DNA from: the human T2T-CHM13v2.0 reference genome, Homo sapiens
Reading direction: 5' to 3' (one strand)
NCBI RefSeq assembly: GCF_009914755.1
Contig: NC_060932.1
DNA length: 64,000 nt
Below, piece after piece: positions 26,201 through 39,800 of this stretch (its first letter is position 1; each line of letters starts with the position of its first letter). Under the pieces are notes generated by a model that saw only the letters and a list, made by a program, of their open reading frames with translations, was not told the origin of the DNA and did not search any database. The position numbers and the translations under genes were made by a program.

Positions 26201-28243
26201 TCCCTGAGACAAATCCCACTTGATTATGGTATATTCTTGATATGTTTCAAAGATTTGGCTTGTTTGGTACTTTTGAGGAGTTTTGTGTCTATGTTCATTA
26301 TGGGTATTGGGTTGAGGTTCTTTTTCTCATGTCTTTGCTTTTTGGTGTCAGGGTTAGGCTGGCCTTCTAGAATGAGTTGGGGATAATTCAGATTCCATTT
26401 GTTTTTTTTTTGAATAGTTTGAGAAGATCTGGTGCCAGTATTTTTTAAATGTTCAATACAATTCAGCAGTAAAGGCTTCCAGTCCTGGACCCTTCGTTAT
26501 TGGAGACTTATTACTGATTCAAACTTGTTACTTGTTTCTGTTCAGAATTTTTCTAGTCTTAGTTTAATTTTGGTAAGTTGTACATGTCTAGGAATTTATC
26601 CATTTCCTTTACACTTTCAAATTTATTGGGACATAGTTGTTCATAGTAGTATCTAATGATTGTTGTATTTCTGTAATATCTTGTGACAGCTCCCTCTTTT
26701 TTTGATATTCATTTGGGTCGTCTTAATCTAGTTAATGGTTTGTCAACTTTTAAATCTTCTAAACAATTTTTGGTTTCATCTCTTATTTAGTCTCAATTTC
26801 ATTTATTTCTGCTCTGATCTACTTCTTTCCTTCTAATTTTTGGTTGGTTTGTTCTTTCTCCTCTAGTTCCTAGAAGTACATCAGTAAGTTGATTATTTGA
26901 AATCTCTAGTTTTTTTGACTATAGGCATCTATTGCTTATAAACTTGCCTCTCAATCCTGCTTTGGCTGTGACACATAGGTTTTGGTATTGTTGGGTTTCC
27001 ATTTTTACTAGTTCCAAGGAATTTAACTTCCTTTTTAATTCTCACCTTCACCCATGGGTCAGTCAGGAGCATGTTATCCAACCAATGTATCTGTATAGTT
27101 TCGAATGTTCTTGTTGTGACCTCAATGGAATAAAACTAAATATCAATAAAATATTCTCTTTAAAAAAATCATGATTTGTTTTGAGTCCTAACATGTCACT
27201 CCTGGAGAACGTTTTATATGCTGATAGATATCCTGCAGCTGTTGAGTAAAATGTTCTGTAAATGTCTGTTAGGTCCATTTGGTCTGTGATACAGTTCAAA
27301 TCTGTTTCCTTTATTTTCCTGCCTAGATGATGTGCCTAGTGCTAAGTGGGATGCTGAAGTCTCCGACTATTATTGGGGTCTAGTGCTCCTTTTAGATCTA
27401 ATATTAGTTACATATATCTGGATGCTCCTGTGGGGGTGCATATGGATTTACAATTGTTATATCTTACTGATGAATTGATGTTTATTATATAATGTCTCTT
27501 TATAGCTGCTAAAGTGTTTTGTCTGACACAAGTGTAGTTAGTATTGTCTACCTTTTGGGTTTCTATTTGCATGAAACCTCTTCTCACTTTCAGTCTTTTG
27601 TGGGCCATTCTGATAAAGTGAGTTTCTCTTAAGCAGCATATAATTGGGTCTCTAATAGACTGGCTGAATGGAGGTTTTAAATGGAGAATTTGTTTATATT
27701 GCTATTATTGATGGGTAAGGACTTCTGCTGTAATGTTTTCTGGTGGTTTTATGTATCCTTTGTTCTGAATTTGTTCTTGTGGTTAAATAGCTTTTCTATA
27801 GTAATAAGTCTTGACTCCTTTCTCTTCGTGTTTTGGCTCTACCAGTGAGTTTCATAGTTTCACATATTTTCATGGTGGTTATTACTGTATTTTCACTTCT
27901 GGATAAACTCTCAAACATTTTATGTAAGGCTAGTCTAGTGGTGATGAATTTCCTTACTCTTTGCCTCTCAGTGAAATATTTCTCCATTTCTGAAGAACAG
28001 CATTTCTGGGTATAATATTCTTCCTTTCAGCACTTTTCAACATATTCATTTTTCCACAACCCCCGCCCCCTCCCCCGACCTGGAAAGCTTCTGCTGAAAA
28101 ATCTGCTTGAAGCCTAATTGGGGATTCCCTTAAATGTGACTTGATGCTTGTCTTTTGCTGCTTCTAGAATTTTCACTTTTGACAACTTAAATCTAACTCA
28201 GACCTGTTTAGTTTGAATATACTTGGAATTCCTTGAGCTTCCT
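23250..28243 (-). mobile_element. L1 LINE (L1MA-type): 3' UTR, degenerate ORF2 and ORF1 C-terminus; 5'-truncated
   Basis: ORF2 motifs [28 protein letters not shown] and DQMDLTDIYRTF; ORF1 motif KYFTERQRVRKFITTRLAL; L1MA-like 3' end at ~23250-23700. Confidence 0.95.
25350..26030 (-). mobile_element. Solo LTR, LTR8/MER4 group (ERV1), nested in the L1
   Basis: LTR8-like body (CTCAAATCAGCCTCCCC, GCTGATTGGTTGG, CTATAAACTAAAT) interrupts L1 ORF2. Imperfect short TSD CATG/CATA. Confidence 0.85.
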
Positions 28244-28244
28244 C

Positions 28245-29490
28245 AGACATTGGCACATTCAGTTGGTAAGAGATCATTGGGGTTACAAAAGCTACCTTTC
28301 GTGGCCCCTTATTTCAGAATACAAACCCAGCCATCTTAGGGCATAATTGGTTTTCAAATCAAGTACATGAAAAGGGACAATATTTAACAGTGAAATCTCA
28401 TTAGAAAATGGAAAGAGATTAGATTTGATCATTCCACAGAATTGTGGGATCATAGTTAGAGCTTCCCCCAGAGTTCATGAGTTTGAAATAAGCAAGATAA
28501 AAACTTTAGGGGGAAAGCTGTCAGGATGCCACTCCCCATCATGAAGCCATGGGTATGAGTTAAGGGCAATGAAACACAATGCTGGGAGCAAGTACCATGA
28601 ATGCCTTCCTACTGTTGAAGTTTCCTTCGGCCTTCTAGATCCACATTTTAAATATTTCCACATTGTACTGGCATTGTGCTGTGCAGTACTTTATCCAGTA
28701 TATCAGATGGCACCCAATTTGTGGGTCAAAGTTTAGCCACTAGGAATTTTCAGGCCTTTGGTAACAGGTCTTTAGGAATTTGTTGCTACAAGGACCCAGG
28801 AATGGGCTAGGAGTTGGTTTGCAAATGCAGAGTATTTGCTGGTAGAAATAGGCCGCAGCTCTTCTCTTCTTGAATGTGTTAAATCATCCAGTTGGGCTCT
28901 CTAGGGGCTCCATATAGTAATCTCTCTGCCATAGGCACTTCCACTATTCAGAGACAAAGACCATGTGGCATGGCAGCTTATCTTAGTCTGGACATGAAAC
29001 AAAACCTTCTCTTGCTCTGCAACTAATTCAATAATTGCAACTATAAGAATGATCTGCTTAATGGATCTGAGAGGTAATCCTAAATGTTACAATCCCTCCA
29101 ATTCTTGAGAGGCCTACCAAGCAGTGTCCTAATGTTAGCAGAAATGCAGCAACTTGCCCCTCATCTTTACAAGGACATCCTGTCAAGTTCCAGATTGCAG
29201 TACACAGCAGTGACTCTGGGGCTCACCCCGGCCTAGAGAATACTCATCACCTGTGTTTGACGCACAGCCACTTCTGCTTCTTGATCCCTAGAAGTGGGGT
29301 ACATTGTCCATATTGAGAAGCCAGGACAGACCTCTGACCAGGAAAGACAACCTACTCCCCAAATGGGGTGTTCTATCCTGCTCAGCCATGGTCTTGCCTG
29401 AGACCAGAGTTCTCAGTACCTGGAAGCACTAGCTCCACAAGCAGGAGCTGCCTTAGAAAAAGCACCTGCCTAGAGACGTTAGTGATAGAC
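28245..29490 (-). mobile_element. ERV-L RT-RNase H remnant, unit 2
   Basis: Direct homologue of ~15660-16860 and ~40955-42170. Confidence 0.78.
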
Positions 29491-32400
29491 TTTAATTCCC
29501 TTTCCCCCTAAAAAAGCAAAACTAATGTTGATGTTGATGTCAAATGATGTTAGACAACCGAAAGAAGCCATGGAAAATGCTGTGTGTCTATTAGTCACAT
29601 GACAGCTTTAAAATTCTATAGCTCTGTATGAGGAGGAAGGAGGTCTCAAATATCCCTGTCCTAACCATGTGGTTTAGTCTCTCCCAAGGAACATGGCCCC
29701 TTATATACATGTTGAATGTATCTCTTTTCTCTCTTGAAATGGAGGGCTTTATATCTTGACTTAAAATAATCAAGACCAGGAATACAATATAATCTGCCTA
29801 TAGTAGGGGTTTGGGTAAAACTGGCAGAACAGGACTGTCACCTTTTTCCCCAGGCTCAAGTCCTAGATTCCATTTCCCTTACCCAAAAGGGGAACCCTTC
29901 TTCCTGCATGGGCTTTACCATCTCTCCAGAGATGAAACTTGGATGAGTCTCTGCTGTATGCAATGAGGATTCCAAGGCCCTGAGGTTGCTAGGCACTGTG
30001 GTCCTGGATGGCTCTCAAAGGAGCCCTGGTTTCTCCCCTTCTCCCACTCCCCAACACTCGGAGATGAGGAGAAAGGAATGGTGTAGCCTGAAGTCCCAGG
30101 GACCCACGTAAGTCTTCATTCTATTACAGGATTTTCTGCCTTTCTTTTCTAGTACTTGCCTGGATTCTCCTTCCTCAGTCTAGGGAGATGCTGGCTTCAG
30201 TGTGCCTTTATGCTTTGCAACCTCCTGGTGTGCATGGAACTTCTGGTCTCTTGGGTCATGGGGTGCTTGGATATCTTCCCAAAGTGGGGCCCTTAAGGGT
30301 GCTCTCTGGGTTGAATGAACATATAGCCCACTGGCTCCCATACCTGGGGGGGTTCCAGGAATCCTGTCAGGCCACACCATCTCTTTTTGCCAGCATCTGT
30401 TGTTCTGGTATATCTCTCAAGGGTGGATTTTCTATTTTAGAAGTCATTTTGAGGTCTACATCACTCACTGGGATGTTTTCTGCCCTAGATAAATATCCCT
30501 ATATGTTCTACAGTATCCTCTCCCTTTTTCTTGGGAATATTTTGCCTCCTAACAGGTCCTGATCTTTCAAGACTAGGGTCTCAACTTCAATTTGTTCCCC
30601 TAATAGTAGGGGTGACATATCTTACATGGAGAATTGCACCAGACATATGGGGCTAAACTCATGTCGTCTGCATGTCCTCCTGAATAAGTGAGTCTCAAAT
30701 CTTTATCTCAGCCCTGCCATGTGAATTTGGTCTGAGGATTTAGCTCAATGCTGCTTGGTCCAATGGTCCACACATGTCTGGTTATCTTATCTCTTTTGTG
30801 AGCTGTTCTTTGGCTGGACCTCATTATCCCAGCTGGGGCTATGTTTTGGTGTTACCTGTTCCATGGGGCTTCACCTAATATGTGTGTTCGTGTTCCCCTC
30901 TTCCCATCTATACCTTTTGTGGAGTTCTTAACTTCATCCTCCACTACCTACTATCTGTCCCTATTGGGGTCTCTTGTAGGTTCTTAAAATGGCAGGTGGT
31001 TCTAAGTGGAGTTCATCAACTCTACTGCACCAGCTGCATCTCTGCAATTCCCCATCTCATGGCCGTTTGTAAGTAGACTATTTCTTCTTAGTTTCCAATT
31101 ATTCCATTGATTTTTGTTGGTGGTGGTCTCGGGAACTTAAGCAGATATACAAGGCAAATAGGAAGGGGGTGATTAGGGAGAGATGGTGATCCCTTCAAGG
31201 TAGGTTTTAATCTGGCTAATGCTGCCACTGCTGTGGGTCCCTCTTAGGTGCAGTGGCTGTTCCTGCAGGGCATTAGATGTGTGATACGGTTGGCAGGGGC
31301 TGGGTCTGCATGGTCGGGGAGCAAGGACAGCTACAGTGGGCTCACCACAAAAGGAAAAGCAGGGAGGTGACCCTGAAGGGCATTTCAACTATGCAGGATT
31401 ACAGCCACTGCTAGGAGACAGGAAATAGGCTATGCAGCACTAGTCAGACTTCAAGAATTTGAAGATAAGACAACTTAGCTCTTCCTGAGCTACAGCTTGC
31501 AAGGATGCCTCATAACACCAAACCATGCACTGAAAATATCTCAAGGGCTGATCAGACCCACGGATCCCAGGTCTTCATTTGTTCCCATTCCTGTGTGTAA
31601 GTTTGGATGCCTGAGGCAGGTTGATCCCAAGAGACACACTGTTCTATTGACTAGAGGTGACTGGCTGGCTATGTGTGTGGTTATATAAGAATTGTCTGCT
31701 TATTTCAACAGGCAACAACTTGAGCTCACAAAACTTCCAAAAAACTGCATTAAGTTTGGAGCAAAAATAGCCAGTGGTCAAGACTGTAGTTCCCAGAAGA
31801 CTGAGATCCTAGAGTTACTTTAAGCCAAAAAACAAACAAAACTCCAAGTGTGGTAGTCTGGGAAAGGCTTAGTCTAATCTGGAAGACTTAGGAAGTCTAC
31901 CTCAATTTCTCCCAGTAAGGCAAGCTCAGGTCATGCCCTCAGTGACCAAGAAATTCATTGGGGCAATCTGTGTTACAGCTGTGCTCTATGGGACCCAGCT
32001 TGAAAGACCTTGGTTTACTGGAGATGAGGCAGACTTGCCAACTTCGGACTGCTTGAGAGCTGAGCAGCCCATGAACCTATTTGTCCTTCTTGCTGTGTAT
32101 TTCACTTAGGAGTGAAGTTAGACTGGGGGGATTACTAATGTGAACACACACAAAACTACATTCCAAGAAGATATGGAAACTTCCCACAAACTAGATGCCT
32201 TTCCTCACCTCTGCTAGTCATCATCACTGAAGATGATAAACTAGTCCACAGGGATAGACATGGCAAAATAGTTGCATTTTTGAGCTGTACCTGATTCAAT
32301 TTCTCTTCGTGACCTCATCTGAAATTTGTGTACATTGCATACAGATGTCTGCTAACTTCTGTTGATGTCTAGTATTTGAGCGTACTCCAGCTCATCCATC

Positions 32401-35397
32401 CTACCATTCAAGTGGTGGCTTGGGAAGTATCGCACTTAACATTTTCACAAGTTTGGATATGAAAACCCTAAGTATGTATGCCTTTTGGTTGTGTACGCTG
32501 TTTGAAATCTGTGGGTTCTAGGCTTCATATGGTTGACTCTCTGTGGACACCCCAGTCTTCCAAAAATGATGTGTCACTTAACATTGTCACTGTGTGAGTT
32601 GCAGTTGCTGTACATACTTGCCAGTGCCAGGGATATTTAGTTTCAGCACTTCTGGCAGCTGGGTCTTATGGTAGCTTTTGAATTCTTAATTTTATCCAGG
32701 TGTAATTATATCTTGTTGGTATAAGGTATTCTTGTCAACACAATACACATGTTGACCTCATGATCAGATTCGTGATCTGTTGCTACTTTGTTTGGTGGAA
32801 TAGGCCGAAGAGTGGTCACTATAGTAACAATTTATATATGTCTATCAGGGAGAGGGTGAGTGGGAAATGGTGGCACATCAGATCATCTGAAACCTGTTTC
32901 TGTAACTTTATTCTAGAACATGGATGAGTAATAAACAGGTCCTGAGTATTTGATAGTCTCCCTGCAAGATTAAAGGAGAATCTTTACCCCCAATTCAAAG
33001 AATTCTGTGGTCCTTGTCCTCCCTTTTTGTGGGCCACAGTCCTATAAACACAGGTTTGGGTCAAAAAGGATTTTCCACTCACTCAGATACAGAAATGTTC
33101 TGCCTATCCCAAGAAGTCATTGCTGGTTGCCTGGTCATTGAGTGCCTCTCCCCTCTCCAGCCTCTGTCTCGGTTCAGGTGCTTAGTGTGGTCTTGATGGC
33201 CTTGAGCAGCCTGAGGTTGGTCGCATACCTGGAGTGAAAGGCTTCCTCCATCTGGAGCATTTAGCCACCTGGGCTTCCTAAGTGGGCTCCAAGTTATTTT
33301 TAAGTGGTAGAAGGAAAATTCCTAAGAGAATCTTAGTTCCATGTCATAAGGCAATGCTTGCAGAGCATCAGCAGGAACTGTGTGGGTCCTACCGATCTCC
33401 TTGGTAGGGCCACTGCTGGTCCTGACCCCTGTTTCCAGGGTCACTTCTGTTGGGGGGTTGGCAGGGCATGGTGGTCCCCCTGCATGGACCTGAATGGGAA
33501 AGGAGGCAGTGCTGATCAGCTAATCACCTGGCCTACTCTTTTTCTGACTTTTGTCTTTCTTAAAAGATTTACTCTGAACTTGATGCCTGGTGAACCTGCT
33601 ACCTTACCTGTCAATACCTTACCTAAAACTAAAATGTGAAATGGAATTGGTAGCACATTCTACAATATTTGTCTCCTTTAGCTTTTTTCTTGGAAATTCT
33701 CCACTAAAGTGCTGGAGTCCAGTCACTCTGCCTTGCAGAAACAACTCAGGCCCAGAAGTGAGAGGAGAGACCGCTTGTCTTGCTGCCTGCTTTCTATTTT
33801 GAGTTAGGAGTTTAGTTTCTAACAGGTCACTTAAAGACTCCTTTGAGTGTTAGAGGAAAAGCCTGAATCTTCTAGTGTCTCATTCTATATGAAGTGGAAA
33901 AGTGATCTGCTCAGTCCTTGACCCCGTGAAGCTGGGAAGAACTTCTGGTGTATTAGTCCTTGGCTTACATGCCAGTTTCTGTTCTCAGAAACTTGGGTGA
34001 AAAACCAAGGGCCATAGACTTCCATGAGCTAGTTGAATACTTAGGGCATCTTGGCATTTGACTAAATCTGCCATAGCAGACAAACTAGTGGGGACAGGGA
34101 AGCTCCTGTTCCTTGCAAGATACAAAAACTGATACCTATAAGCTATGTAACTGGACTTGGTGAGGTAGCCGTTTTCTACGGAAACTTCACACTAAGAAAT
34201 GGCAGGGAAGGGGCATCCCAGGATGCTTAGAGATGAAACTAGCATTCCTTCCCAGCCCAGTGTGTCCTCAAGTCCTCTAAGGACAGGATGAATGCCAAGG
34301 AATCATTGAGGGGGGTGGCAGTCATTCACTACAATGGCAGGGTTAGAACAATACTTGTGCTACACAGAACAAGACCAGGGCAAGTTGTCACCCTGGTGGG
34401 ACAGGTACAAAGTGTGTTGAGACTGAAAAGCTCATTGGTGATGTCCTTAATAGATGCAGTGGAGAAACATGGTTGCAGTGTGACCCTCTCCCTGTTGAAG
34501 GAACTCAAGCTTATCTTCCCTGTCTCCTGAGCAAGACTCTGCTACCTTCATGTAACACATTAGAGAGGAAAATGCAGCATTGGCTCTCTGGGTGTATTTG
34601 GAGCTGCATAAAGTTTCAGAGAACTTCTGCAGTGCTCTGCCTTAGCTAATTTCCACCTCCTAGAGCTGATGGCAACTTCTGGGTAGCAGTAGATGTCCCT
34701 GGGAAATGGGTTTGGAAGTGCACAGGGATAGGTACAACCAACACACCTCCCAGGAACTCAACCTGGTGAAGAAAACAGGAAGATAGGAAAAGACACTGGC
34801 TCCAAGCCCCATCAGCACCCACCCCAGCCTGGATAGTGGGTGTCTCACAGAAGGTACCACACACTGGAAGACTTTCTAAGCTGGGCAGCCAGCCCCTGAG
34901 CCAAGTGATAACTCCTATCCTTGGTGACAGCATTGGAACTCCAGGAATCCTGACAAGGAGGTTGAATCTACCCCAGGCTTGTCACTGGGTAGCAAGGCCT
35001 TGGGCTCTTACTGATATTCCATAGGAGTGTATGGCTCCACTTGCCCACACAAAGCCAGTTTCTCAACCAGCTTGCTGGTCCCCATAGTCACACTGGTGTG
35101 GGTTACTCTCCGGATTTGATGTCAAGCTAAGAAAGCATGCTATTCAGTAAACTAGCAAGTGAAAGCCACCAGTATCTTTAATGTGCCTACTTCCTCGTAT
35201 TTCCCCCTCATCTCAACAGGTTATTCACTGAAATTAACTCAACAGATTTTATACTACATACCCCTGAGTGACAATGTGACCTATAGCAAATGGATACTAA
35301 AATACTGAATACCTACCACGTGTAGTGCTGCTAAGGAACAAGCGTGCCCCTGCCAGACAGCAAGTTATACCCTAGTGACTAGGACAGAACACACCTA

Positions 35398-35600
35398 CAG
35401 TTATGAATTGCTTAACGATGGGGACGCTCTGAGAAATGTTAGGTGATTTTCTTTGTCATCGTATGAACAACATAGTGTACTTAGAGACCTAGATGGTATA
35501 ACCCATTGTACACCTAGGCTGTATGGAATAGCTTATTGTCCTGTCTACTGTTGTATAAGCAGTCCATGGTTGACTGAAATGTCATTGTGGTATGTGACCA
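35398..35600. mobile_element. Tigger3/MER7-type Tc1-mariner MITE (internally deleted); unit 3 only
   Basis: TA|CAGTTATGAATTGCTTAACGATGGGGA...TCTGAGAAATG...CCTAGATGGTATA...GTTGACTGAAATGTCATT. Absent from unit 1 (~9950). Confidence 0.85.
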
Positions 35601-36689
35601 TGCCCATGTGTCTATAGCCAAGAGATATAAAAGCAAGAGCTTGTAGGCCTTTATATAAAGGGTTTGGCTTTTGCTTTGGGTGAAATGGGAATGGATTCAT
35701 GAGTTTTGAATGCCCAGCCTTCTGTTTGAAGGATCCTCACTGGCTCTGTGGACCATAGGTTATAGGGGGAAAGAGACCAGTTCGAAGCAACATGTAGAAG
35801 TCTAGGTGTACAGTGGCAGCTTAGTCTAGGTGCACGGTTGTAGAGGCATGAATTGGTCAGATATGAGCCCATGCAGGAAGAATTGACAACTTCTGGATAC
35901 TTGAGGTAAGAAGGTTACATGGGGAAAGTTTTGCAGGGAAGGCAAAACTTGGGAGTGGTAAGTTTGATATACGTAAAAGCAAAGCTGTTGAAAGCAAACT
36001 GCTACTAATTTTGTCATCTCAAATTCTGTCCATATTCTATCCTGACAGCAGCAAGAAATGGATGTTTTCATGTCAAACTAAGGTGGAGAAGGAGAAAGGA
36101 GGATGAGAGTCTGCAATGAAATGGCTATGGGGATGGATCATCAATGCTAAATTGGGAAGGGAGGGGAAGCCGGTTGGAGGCCTACTTAACTGTATTTAAA
36201 AAAAAAAAAAAAAAAAACAGGATCCATAGCTGAATTGGCCTCCACTACTACAACAGTCCTTATGAGGATGAAAGATTAAGTGGTATAGAATGACAAAATG
36301 CCAGAGTAGGATGACTCACAATATGAAGAGTTCCTCTAGAGATCAGGCATCTACAGGTAACCACAGGAATCAACTTTCTTGATGGAGAAAGTCTGTGGAA
36401 GTGAGGTCAGAACGAGGTTCACTCTTTGGTTCCTTCAGCATGCATGAAGATGACATGAGCATGACAGGTGGCACTGCTGAGTGGGGAGAGCAAGGTGCTA
36501 CCACAGCCAAGGAATGAGAGGGAGCCGCCAGGTGGCCAGGACACGCTTGTAACAAGTTGAAGAGAAAACTCCATGCCTTGGACTTGGAAAGTGCTGTGGA
36601 GTTGGAGTGAGGAATGTTCTGTAGAAGTTAGGAAAATATTCTCCTGCTCTACTCCCTGTAATGTTGGAAATATGGGAATAAGTTATTTT

Positions 36690-36860
36690 CTGTAACCCTC
36701 ATGAGCAGATGCAGTGCCCTCAAGGAGCAAGTTACTATTTCACCACACCAATAAGGAGCCGCCAAAAGTTTGGGACTCTGGTCTTTGGCAGAGTTGCCAA
36801 TATCCCCAAAGAATTCAGTGAAATGTTCCAAACCATTTCAAAGGAGTGTGTCTTACAGTG
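36690..36860 (-). mobile_element. ERV-L gag N-terminal remnant (homologue ~10980-11120)
   Basis: FTEFFGDIGNSAKD.../FWRLLIGVVK resembles ERV-L gag F..YG.N..YKD..IGWLLL..LDK. Confidence 0.4.
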
Positions 36861-39800
36861 GAATGACAGTTCAGACATATAAGTAATCAAGATCTGGCAT
36901 CTTAGACTTTTCTCTTTTGATTCTCTATTTTCTTGACCACACTTGAAAATACTTTTCTGATGTTCACTGCTTGACACCTCGTGGCCTTCTGACTCTGCTT
37001 ACCTGAGGCTTTTATTATCTTGACTTGAACTTTTTGATGTCCCAACTTATGAGTGCGTAATAGCCACTGGGAATGTTAATCTAGGAATCTGTGTATCTCT
37101 TCCAGAAAAGATGACTTTTACACCAAAACCCCTAACCTGAATTGATCCATGCCATGGAGACAGGGCTTTTCCCTTTCTTTCCTCTTTATCCTTAGTCAAG
37201 GTTTAAGTATCAACACTGTAGTCCAAAAAGCAGAGAAATTCATATCCATGATAAATCAATATGAGGCTAATTTCCAGTTGGGAACAAATTCTGGACCTAA
37301 ATGTTGATCAGGTTTCCATGCCAGAATCAAGTATAACAAGACTCAGGAAATACAGGGAGCTGAGCTTGGGGCCATCTCCTTTTCACAAGTCTGATCAGGA
37401 AAATCCCCCTCTAGGCCTATGATATCCTACCTGGCCCTTGTGCCACCCTCACTGCCAATGCCAAGGAGACTGTTCTACAAACTTTGTCCACTCGATTCTA
37501 GCTTCCTATTTGGGAAGGTCCTATCTTCCTAGAGAAAGCCCTGGTGTCCTCGGCAAGGACAAAAGGGATTGTGCCTCTAAGCTTGTCTTTAAGGGGCTAA
37601 CAGCATGACAAAGCCTTGGAGCTTCTCAGATGGTTTGATCCGAGTTTTGAAAGTAACAGAACTCTGAATAAGTATAGCGTAACAACAATCACTGACATGT
37701 TCTTCAGAGAACTAAGGAAAGGGAAAGTGATGCAGGAACTGGGTTTCCTGGTGAGAGGTGGCATTGGGAAGGAGTCGGAGGCTGAGCTGATGGGGTTAAT
37801 AACCGTGGCCCTGTTGGCTCACTGTCAGAGACTGCTTTCTATACCCCTGGCAAGGGGGGAAGGGAAGCAGGCTGCCTAGGAGACAGGTGGGATTTGCCGT
37901 ATCGGAGAAACTTAGAAATATGGAAGGAGGAAAGCCCAGGGCCAGAAGTAAGTTGAGGGAAGAGTGGAGTGGAGTGCCCTTTAACAAGGACAAAGATCAC
38001 CCCCTCCAGGGTTATGGCCAGGCTGACCTCAGGACAGGGGGCTTAGAGCGAGCACCAACACCGGGCAGTCTGACATCAAACTGGAGAACACTTAGCATTT
38101 CAGGTGAATTTAAAACTAATCCTGGTTTAGAGTGAAGCGGGACTCGAGCTGTGCCCCGAGATGGATCTAAAGCTGCCTATACTTCAAACCAACACAAGAA
38201 GGACAAATGTGTGTCCGATTTACAGGAAAGCATCTTTGCTTGAGAAGCCCCTCACTTTGGCCTGGGGGGGACAGCGGTGGAGTCTCTCTAGCCAGCCTAG
38301 CCAGCTTTCCCAGCACAATAAGCTAGAAGAATTACAAGCCCAGCAGTAACTCAAGTTTTAATTCCTGCTGGGTTCTTGTTGGCTTAGTCCTGACGCCTGT
38401 GCACAGATACACCAGAGATGTTGCTATCCATGTGGTGAGGGTTCAAATCAGATTAGATTGAATAGGCAGGAGAAGTTTGAAACCAGGAAACTGAATTTAC
38501 ATCATCAGGCTCAAGAAAATAGCATAACTAGAGGCAGTATATAGGGGTCACCTTACAGTTTCTTGTAGCTAATTCTATGAATCTACTTGAGATTTGAAAC
38601 TACTTGGGTGAATCTGGGTGAATATTCCAAAGGTCTCAAGTGTTAGGAAGTTAATGTCATATATTGAGGTTTACTTGGAGATATTGAGTTGGGGGCTAGT
38701 GTATCAGATCAAAGGTGGTGTATCCTGAACTTCAGTTTAGCAATTAACAGACATTCCTAGGAGCAAGAGATGCCTCTTCTTGCCCCCTGTCAATTGTTGC
38801 CTGAGCAGGTGCAGGTCTAAGCCAAACCTTATACAGTAGCCCTGCCTTATCAGCCCAGCTAAAAGCCAGGTACTCATAACATGAGTGGAAGGGGGGAGCT
38901 GGCTCCTAGGACTCCTAGATGAGGAGTGGGGCCTGTCTGGCCAACATGACCTCCCTAAGACCTGCCTGGGGGGTAGGGGGGAAGACTCCTGTCTTGCTAT
39001 CAAAGGTGAGGGTGTAAAGAACACAGCATGGCCTTAAGGACTTCCAAGTTTCCACCATAGAATTGTCCATGGTGGAGCTGATGGTAGAGTAGTCCAAGCT
39101 TCCACAGTGGTACCCATGCTTCTGGTGGCTATCTAAGCAATGGAGCCAGGTGTCTTGGAGTGCAGGCATTTCAGCGGTTGTTCATACCACAGAGGCATCT
39201 CTTTTCTACATAAGAGCATACTGGGCTGTGGGTCCTATAGTAGCTGGAGGGCCTCAGCTACTAGAACCCCTAGAGTAGGGGAGAAACACAAGTCACTCAG
39301 CCCTGCCAATGGGATACATCAGGTAAGAGGACTTTCCTACTTAACTCCCCCTTTTAAGAAGGGCAGCCATTGGATGGGACCTTGTCAACAAGTACCCAAA
39401 GCCCAGACGCAGCTCTGGCTCTATTTCCTGAGCCACTTCTACTACTAAGAGCCACATAGACCAATAGGGAAGGAGGAAGACAGGGTTGAAACCTGCGTCC
39501 CTCCATATCTTGCTCAAACTGGCTCCACCTGATAGCCCCAGGTTTGTGCTACTTCAGTAGCTTAAATTGACAGGAAACCAGAGATTTTCAACTCTTGCTA
39601 AGCTTTCTAGATTGAGAACCATGATATCTTCTGTCTGATAATTTAATATCTACTTTCCTATGAAAGCTCAATTGTGAAGATGCAAGACTATTAAAATAAA
39701 TATGGCCACTTCTAATGTATTAGAAAGCAGCATGAACTCTTTCCTAAACATTCTTGGGTTGATGGAGCTGTTTTGAAACTGCAAATTTTTCACCAATTAA

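Noticed and set aside
36735-36977. RLLIGVV resembling bornavirus nucleoprotein SLLIGVV
   Set aside because: An isolated short match; the context fits the ERV-L gag WLLL region and has a unit 1 homologue.
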